Of a DNA stretch of 64,000 nucleotides, positions 58,724-64,000 are shown in pieces. Below the pieces are notes generated by a model. It worked only from the letters and a program-made list of their open reading frames with translations, searched no databases and had not been told where the DNA came from. How positions within the stretch are numbered: the first letter of the stretch is position 1; each line of letters starts with the position of its first letter. The position numbers were made by a program, and so were the translations under genes. The DNA lies in assembly GCA_021200995.1 (NCBI GenBank), contig JAJQFS010000063.1:33972-97971 (forward strand). The letters run 5' to 3'. The stretch is from Lachnospiraceae bacterium. Its GTDB lineage: Bacteria > Bacillota > Clostridia > Lachnospirales > Lachnospiraceae.

Positions 58724-59836
58724 ATGATAGTAGAGCTGGAACAGGCCAGATTAAAACTACAGACCTACGAGGAACCGCTGAAGGAAGTGCGGGATTCTCT
58801 TGGCCTTGAAGACAAACAAAAGCGCATCGAGGAGCTGGAGATGGAAATGGCCGCGCCCAATTTCTGGGACGATCCGGACTCCTCCAATAAGCGCATGAAG
58901 GAATTAAAAAACTTAAAAGACACTGTCAGTCTGATCAATGGCCTTTCCACACAGATGGAGGACATTGCCACGCTGATCGAGATGGGCAATGAGGAGGAGG
59001 ACGAGAGCCTTGTCCCGGAGGTGGAATCTGAACTGGAGGATTTCATTAACCGTCTGGAGGATCTGCGCATCAGCACCCTTTTATCCGGTGAATATGACAG
59101 AAATAACGCGATCTTAAAGCTGAACGCGGGAGCGGGCGGCACCGAGAGCTGCGACTGGGCGGGCATGCTTTACCGCATGTACACCCGCTGGGCGGAGCGC
59201 AAGGGCTTTTCCATCGAAGTGCTGGATTATCTGGACGGCGACGAGGCGGGGATTAAGTCCGTGACCTGGCAGGTCAACGGTGAGAACGCCTACGGGTATC
59301 TCAAATCGGAGAAGGGCGTGCACCGTCTGGTCCGCATTTCCCCCTTCAACGCGCAGGGCAAGCGCCAGACTTCCTTTGTGTCACTGGATGTGATGCCGGA
59401 GTTAAATGACGATATAGAAATTGATATCAACCCCGAGGATTTAAAAGTGGACACTTACCGCAGCAGCGGCGCCGGCGGTCAGCATATCAATAAGACGTCC
59501 TCCGCGGTCCGTATTACGCATATTCCCACGGGAATCGTGGTGGCCTGCCAGGAGGAGCGAAGCCAGTTCCAGAATAAGGACAAGGCCATGCAGATGCTGA
59601 AATCCAAGCTCTACATGCTGCAGCAGGAGACCAACGCCGAGAAGCTTTCCGATATCCGCGGCGAGGTCAAGGAGATTGGCTGGGGAAATCAGATCCGTTC
59701 CTATGTCCTGCAGCCCTATACCATGGTGAAGGATCACAGGACGAACATGGAAACGGGAAATGTGGACGCTGTCCTGGACGGGGAGTTGGATCCGTTTATC
59801 AACGCGTATTTGAAGCAGCAGAGTCTCTCATCCTGA
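58724..59836 (+). CDS. prfB: Peptide chain release factor 2 (single uninterrupted frame)
   Basis: SPF tripeptide (RISPFNAQ) and GGQ motif (SGAGGQHINKT). Shows the classical secA-prfB synteny. Confidence 0.95.
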   Translation: MIVELEQARLKLQTYEEPLKEVRDSLGLEDKQKRIEELEMEMAAPNFWDDPDSSNKRMKELKNLKDTVSLINGLSTQMEDIATLIEMGNEEEDESLVPEVESELEDFINRLEDLRISTLLSGEYDRNNAILKLNAGAGGTESCDWAGMLYRMYTRWAERKGFSIEVLDYLDGDEAGIKSVTWQVNGENAYGYLKSEKGVHRLVRISPFNAQGKRQTSFVSLDVMPELNDDIEIDINPEDLKVDTYRSSGAGGQHINKTSSAVRITHIPTGIVVACQEERSQFQNKDKAMQMLKSKLYMLQQETNAEKLSDIRGEVKEIGWGNQIRSYVLQPYTMVKDHRTNMETGNVDAVLDGELDPFINAYLKQQSLSS

Positions 59837-60596
59837 CCAGATCAAGATAGAACTCCACGTTGGCGCAGCCCATGTAGGGCAGCAGATAGAGAAAACCGAT
59901 CCCTAATGTGATGGTGGAGAGCAGCGCCCACGGCAGGAAGCTGATTTGCAGTCTGAGCAGCCGCAGCCGCTTTCCTTTCATCAGCTGGGAGGACCGTTTG
60001 TAAGCCTGTGTGACCTTTAAATCGGGGAAATCCACCAAAATGCGGGTTGTCTGGGACCAGGTTAAGGAAACCCAGGCCGCGTACAGAATGTAGGCGATGA
60101 TGAGCACGATAACAAAGACCGCGAGCGCGGCCGCCACAGTGCCCGGGAGATTGACCTCCGGCAGATAATCGATGTCGCCATACAGGTACAGCATGAGCGT
60201 ATCCACATCGCTTCCCGACAGATAGAAGATGGCCGCGATGAAAATCCCGATAAAAAAGAGAATCGTTCCGGGCAGCATATAGAGGATCTGCATCAGATAA
60301 TTGCCCAGAAAAAGGATGGGGTGATTTCTAAAGGCGTAGAGAAAATCCGCTACGCCGGCATTGCCGCCCTGTCCGCAGCTGAGTTTGAAATAAAAGCTGA
60401 CCAGTCCGGCGTCCAGCCAGATATTGACCAGGCTGATGATCAGGGACAGAGAAAGGGCAGAATTGCTGTTGTAATCCGCGCCCGCAGAAATACTGGCGAT
60501 CAGGAACATAATCAGCTGCATGGTGATGGCGGGAAACCAGTGCCCTCTGAGGGATGATTTCGCCGCGGTTTTTAATTCCGCGTTTGTACGATACAT
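59799..60596 (-). CDS. DUF975-family integral membrane protein
   Basis: 265 aa. The N-terminal NAELKTAAKSSLRGHW pattern followed by multiple TM segments is typical of DUF975. Confidence 0.72.
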   Translation of the reverse strand: MYRTNAELKTAAKSSLRGHWFPAITMQLIMFLIASISAGADYNSNSALSLSLIISLVNIWLDAGLVSFYFKLSCGQGGNAGVADFLYAFRNHPILFLGNYLMQILYMLPGTILFFIGIFIAAIFYLSGSDVDTLMLYLYGDIDYLPEVNLPGTVAAALAVFVIVLIIAYILYAAWVSLTWSQTTRILVDFPDLKVTQAYKRSSQLMKGKRLRLLRLQISFLPWALLSTITLGIGFLYLLPYMGCANVEFYLDLVRMRDSAASNTR

Positions 60597-60727
60597 AGGA
60601 GCTCCTTTATAGTCATTTCATTTTCAGTTAGTATAACATTTCTGATATCAAATGACAATGCGGGGCGAATGTAAGTTTTTCTTAAAGTTTTGTGTTTTTT
60701 ATTTAAAAGTATTTTTGGGAGAAAGAA

Positions 60728-61210
60728 ATGGATTCTTTGGAAGCAGACGTCAGGGTCAACAGCGGCGATCTCTATGATTATATGCTGTATCACGCCTATC
60801 ATGGCGCACAGGGCCTTTTAGGCAGCTGCATTGGCGCGCTGGCGATCCTGATTTTTCTGAGCAATCATCAGTGGATTTACCTGATTGCGGGCGTGATTAT
60901 GCTGGTGTATCTGCCGTGGACACTCTTTTTGAAGAGCAAGCAGCAGGCACTCAACACGCCGGCGTTTCAGGATGCGCTGCATTATACATTTGATGAGCAG
61001 GGCATTTCGGTCAGCCAGGGTGAAACGACGGAAAGCATGGCCTGGAAGGACATGTACAAAGCGGTGTCTACCAACCGCAGTATTATCATTTACACGACAC
61101 GAATCAATGCCTGCATATTCCCGCGCCGTGAGTTAAAGGACCAGGAGACGGATGTGATTCAGTATATCTGCACGCACATGGAACCAAAGAAAGTGAAAAT
61201 CCGGAACTGA
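60728..61210 (+). CDS. YcxB-like membrane protein
   Basis: 160 aa with two central TM helices and a C-terminal beta-rich domain (W.D...V......I.IY pattern). GGGAGA RBS. Confidence 0.55.
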   Translation: MDSLEADVRVNSGDLYDYMLYHAYHGAQGLLGSCIGALAILIFLSNHQWIYLIAGVIMLVYLPWTLFLKSKQQALNTPAFQDALHYTFDEQGISVSQGETTESMAWKDMYKAVSTNRSIIIYTTRINACIFPRRELKDQETDVIQYICTHMEPKKVKIRN

Positions 61211-61303
61211 CCGGCGCACTGACACTGAAACAGGTGTTCCTTCGGTGCTGTCAGCCAGGTACTTTCTTTGCCTGGAAAAGTCTGCATGGATATGAGGAGA
61301 AAT

Positions 61304-61732
61304 ATGAGAAAGGTGATAGAAACCGCTTCGCCCGCGGAGACCTTCGCGTTTGGGGAGAACCTGGGCCGTGATGCAAAGCCCGGCACGGTGATTGCGCTGC
61401 TGGGTGATCTGGGTGTGGGCAAGACGGTGTTGACACAGGGAATTGCCGCGGGGCTTGGGATTACAGAGCCGGTGGTCAGTCCGACTTTTACAATTTTACA
61501 GGTTTATGAAGAGGGCCGACTGCCCTTTTATCATTATGACGTCTATCGGATCGGCGACCCGGAGGAGATGGAAGAGGTCGGGTATGAGGACTGTTTTTAT
61601 GGAGAAGGCGTCTGCATCGTGGAGTGGGCGGATCTGATCGGGGAGCTGCTGCCAGAGGATACGATCCGGATTACGATTGAAAAGGATCCTGAGCGGGGGT
61701 TCGATTATCGCAGAATTACGGTGGAGAGCTGA
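61304..61732 (+). CDS. tsaE: tRNA t6A37 biosynthesis ATPase TsaE
   Basis: Walker A in LLGDLGVGKTVLTQG, SPTFTIL, and YHYDVYRI. The start is uncertain (ATG 61286 or 61292 are in frame). Confidence 0.88.
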   Translation: MRKVIETASPAETFAFGENLGRDAKPGTVIALLGDLGVGKTVLTQGIAAGLGITEPVVSPTFTILQVYEEGRLPFYHYDVYRIGDPEEMEEVGYEDCFYGEGVCIVEWADLIGELLPEDTIRITIEKDPERGFDYRRITVES

Positions 61733-61754
61733 GAAGATTCGCAGGTGATGAAAA

Positions 61755-62564
61755 ATGAGAATTTTAGCCATTGACAGCTCCGGGCTGGTGGCCTCGGCGG
61801 CTCTTTTAGAGGACGAGGACCTCATCGCGGAGTATACAATTCATTATAAAAAAACACATTCGCAGACGTTGCTTCCCATGCTGGAGGAGATCCGGAAGAT
61901 GACGGAGCTTGACCTGCATTCGATTGACGCCATCGCTGTGGCGGGAGGTCCGGGTTCCTTTACGGGGCTCAGGATCGGTTCGGCGACAGCCAAGGGACTG
62001 GCGCAAGGACTGGATAAACCGATCATTGAGGTTCCTACTCTGGAGGGCCTGGCTTTTCAACTGTACGGGACGAACGCGCTGGTATGTCCGCTGATGGACG
62101 CGCGCAGGAACCAGGTGTATGCGGGGATTTATGAATTTATTTTCAATTCTGATATGTATGAAATGAAACCTGTGATGGACGGTGCCTGCTGTCTTCTGCC
62201 CGAGGTTGTGGCAAAACTGAATGACCTGGGGCGTGAGGTGATTCTGAACGGGGACGGCGTGCAGGCCTATCGGGATACGCTTACGCAGACACTTCGGGTG
62301 CCATACACCTTCGCGCCGGCGAACAGGAGACTGCAGAGCGCCGCGGCTGTGGGAACATTGGCGTTTCACTATGCCGCGCAGGGAAAATTTGTCACAGCTG
62401 CCGCGCATAAACCGGAGTATTTCCGTTTAAGCCAGGCGGAGAGAGAGCTGCAGGAATTAAGACAGCGGGAGGAAGCGAAAGCTGCGCGGGAGACCGCCAG
62501 AGAGCAAAATCCTGAGAAGAGAGTGAAAGAGGACGGGCAGGAGGCGGCGCGGGATGAGGCCTGA
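61755..62564 (+). CDS. tsaB: tRNA t6A37 biosynthesis protein TsaB, with a charged C-terminal tail
   Basis: MRILAIDSSG and GPGSFTGLRIG motifs. The last ~45 residues are Glu/Arg/Ala/Lys-rich. Confidence 0.88.
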   Translation: MRILAIDSSGLVASAALLEDEDLIAEYTIHYKKTHSQTLLPMLEEIRKMTELDLHSIDAIAVAGGPGSFTGLRIGSATAKGLAQGLDKPIIEVPTLEGLAFQLYGTNALVCPLMDARRNQVYAGIYEFIFNSDMYEMKPVMDGACCLLPEVVAKLNDLGREVILNGDGVQAYRDTLTQTLRVPYTFAPANRRLQSAAAVGTLAFHYAAQGKFVTAAAHKPEYFRLSQAERELQELRQREEAKAARETAREQNPEKRVKEDGQEAARDEA

Positions 62565-63000
62565 CATTGAAATCCGTCCCATGCGGGAGACGGACGTACC
62601 CGCAGTGGCCGCCATCGAGGCGGCGAGCTTTTCGGAGCCGTGGAGCGCGGCTTCTTTTTATGAAATATTAAAAAGAGAGGACGCACTGTATCTGACAGCC
62701 GTGTCAGAAGGAAGCGTGGCGGGTATGTGCGGCCTGCTGATCGGCCCGTATGAGGCAGAGGTCTTTAATGCCGCCGTCTTGTCAAAGCTTCGCGGGCAGG
62801 GCGTCGCGGGGAAGATGTTCGCCGAGCTTTTGAAGCGTGGGGGCGAACGGGGTGTTACGGACTTTACTCTGGAGGTGCGCGCCTCCAATCAGGCGGCAAT
62901 CCGTCTTTATGAAAAAAACGGTTTTGTGACAGAGGGCGTGCGGCCGCGGTTTTATCGAGATCCGGAGGAAGACGCGCTGATAATGTGGAGGCGGTCTTAA
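62554..63000 (+). CDS. rimI: Ribosomal-protein-alanine N-acetyltransferase (GNAT)
   Basis: 148-aa GNAT protein with the acetyl-CoA motif LRGQGVAGKM. Shows the classical tsaB-rimI synteny, overlapping tsaB by 11 nt. Confidence 0.82.
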   Translation: MRPDIEIRPMRETDVPAVAAIEAASFSEPWSAASFYEILKREDALYLTAVSEGSVAGMCGLLIGPYEAEVFNAAVLSKLRGQGVAGKMFAELLKRGGERGVTDFTLEVRASNQAAIRLYEKNGFVTEGVRPRFYRDPEEDALIMWRRS

Positions 63001-63121
63001 ATTGCATGTGGTTATGATCTCATTCATTGACCGTCAATCGTAAGGAACAGGTTGACTCGCTTTCGCTCATGAGACTATAAAAAGTGGAAGCCTCTGCTGA
63101 ATAATTAAAGAGAGAATTTAT

Positions 63122-64000
63122 ATGTTAGATATATGTCTGCTGGGAACAGGAGGAATGATGCCCCTGCCGTACAGGTGGCTGACTTCCATGATGGCCCGCT
63201 ATAACGGAAAAAGTATTCTGATCGACTGCGGCGAGGGCACGCAGATTGCCTTAAAAGAAAAGGGATGGAGCCCGAAACCCATCGATATTTTATGCTTTAC
63301 GCATTATCATGCCGACCATATCAGCGGCCTGCCCGGCCTGCTTCTGACCATGGGCAACGCGGAGCGCACCGAACCGCTTCTGATGATCGGACCGAAAGGT
63401 CTGGAACGCACGGTAAACGCTCTGCGCATCATCGCGCCGGAGCTGCCCTTTGAAATTCAGTTCCGGGAGCTGAATGAACCGGAGGAGGTTCTGGATTTTG
63501 GTGATTTTGCCATTACCGCCTTTCGGGTGAAGCATAACGTGGTCTGTTACGGATATACGCTGGAAATCAAACGCCAGGGCAAATTTGACACGGACCGTGT
63601 CCTGGCCGCGGGGATTCCGCAGAAATACTGGTCCAGGCTGCAGAAGGGCGCGACCATAGAGGCGGATGGTGTCACTTACACGCCAGACATGGTGCTGGGG
63701 CCGCCCCGCAAGGGACTGAAGGTGACTTATTGCACGGACACCCGTCCGGTGAAGACGATTGCGGAGCATGCCGCGGACAGCGATCTTTTCATTTGCGAGG
63801 GCATGTACGGCGAGCCGGATAAGCTTAGCAAGGCGAAGGAAAATAAGCACATGACCTTTTATGAGGCCGCGAAGCTGGCAAAAGAAGCCGCGGTGAAGGA
63901 ATTGTGGCTGACCCATTACAGCCCGTCGCTTACGCGGCCGGAGGAGTATATGGACGCTGTCCGCAAAATCTTCCCACATGCGATCGCCGCGCGGGACGGC
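63122..64000 (+). CDS. rnz: Ribonuclease Z (MBL-fold); 3' end runs off the window
   Basis: Translated by hand: MLDICLLGTGGMMPLPYRWLTS...FTHYHADHISGLPGLL (HxHxDH motif). The frame stays open to base 64000. The listed antisense ORF 63290-63979 is its shadow. Confidence 0.85.
   Translation, partial: MLDICLLGTGGMMPLPYRWLTSMMARYNGKSILIDCGEGTQIALKEKGWSPKPIDILCFTHYHADHISGLPGLLLTMGNAERTEPLLMIGPKGLERTVNALRIIAPELPFEIQFRELNEPEEVLDFGDFAITAFRVKHNVVCYGYTLEIKRQGKFDTDRVLAAGIPQKYWSRLQKGATIEADGVTYTPDMVLGPPRKGLKVTYCTDTRPVKTIAEHAADSDLFICEGMYGEPDKLSKAKENKHMTFYEAAKLAKEAAVKELWLTHYSPSLTRPEEYMDAVRKIFPHAIAARDG

Noticed and set aside
58724-58830. The programmed +1 frameshift site normally found early in prfB (CTT TGA C context).
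   Set aside because: The frame is continuous through the equivalent region (…RDSLGLEDKQKRIEEL…, DNA TCT CTT GGC CTT GAA). This RF2 gene simply lacks the autoregulatory frameshift, as in a minority of bacteria.

Overview
The window reads as a chromosomal segment of an anaerobic, butyrate-forming Firmicute (Clostridia-like gene content, fairly GC-rich coding DNA, mostly + strand genes). All calls come from reading the supplied ORF translations and the DNA by eye. No searches were run, so family assignments rest on remembered motifs. I saw no rRNA, tRNA, CRISPR array, transposase or integrase. Gene order: a hydroxyarylic-acid decarboxylase set (UbiD/UbiX/LpdD-like); MoxR-DUF58-DUF4129 module; MATE pump; hydrolases; split L-serine dehydratase; PatB/MalY lyase; a PEP/pyruvate-binding protein; an orphan AAA ATPase (DUF4143 type); subtype-B tannase; a divergent nitrogenase-like three-gene cluster; a second orphan AAA ATPase (DUF234 type); a cysteine-desulfidase-like protein; a TetM/EF-G-type GTPase fused to a Rae1/YacP NYN RNase; a UPF0397-type ECF transporter; SDR; LRR protein; trxB; the full butyrate operon thl-crt-hbd-bcd-etfBA-ptb-buk plus a large membrane protein; a cytoplasmic pectin/hexuronate locus (uxaCBA, GH28, CE8); GH13; then secA-prfB, tsaE-tsaB-rimI and rnz. 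The best novelty candidates are: (1) the nitrogenase-like cluster at 19.0-21.7 kb, with an apparently split component 1, Gly/Arg/His-rich inserts and a nifH-like gene frameshifted in an A7 run; (2) the GTPase-NYN fusion at 24.7-27.4 kb; (3) four co-oriented DnaA boxes upstream of the butyrate operon; (4) a ~195-nt nested inverted-repeat element inside that operon.
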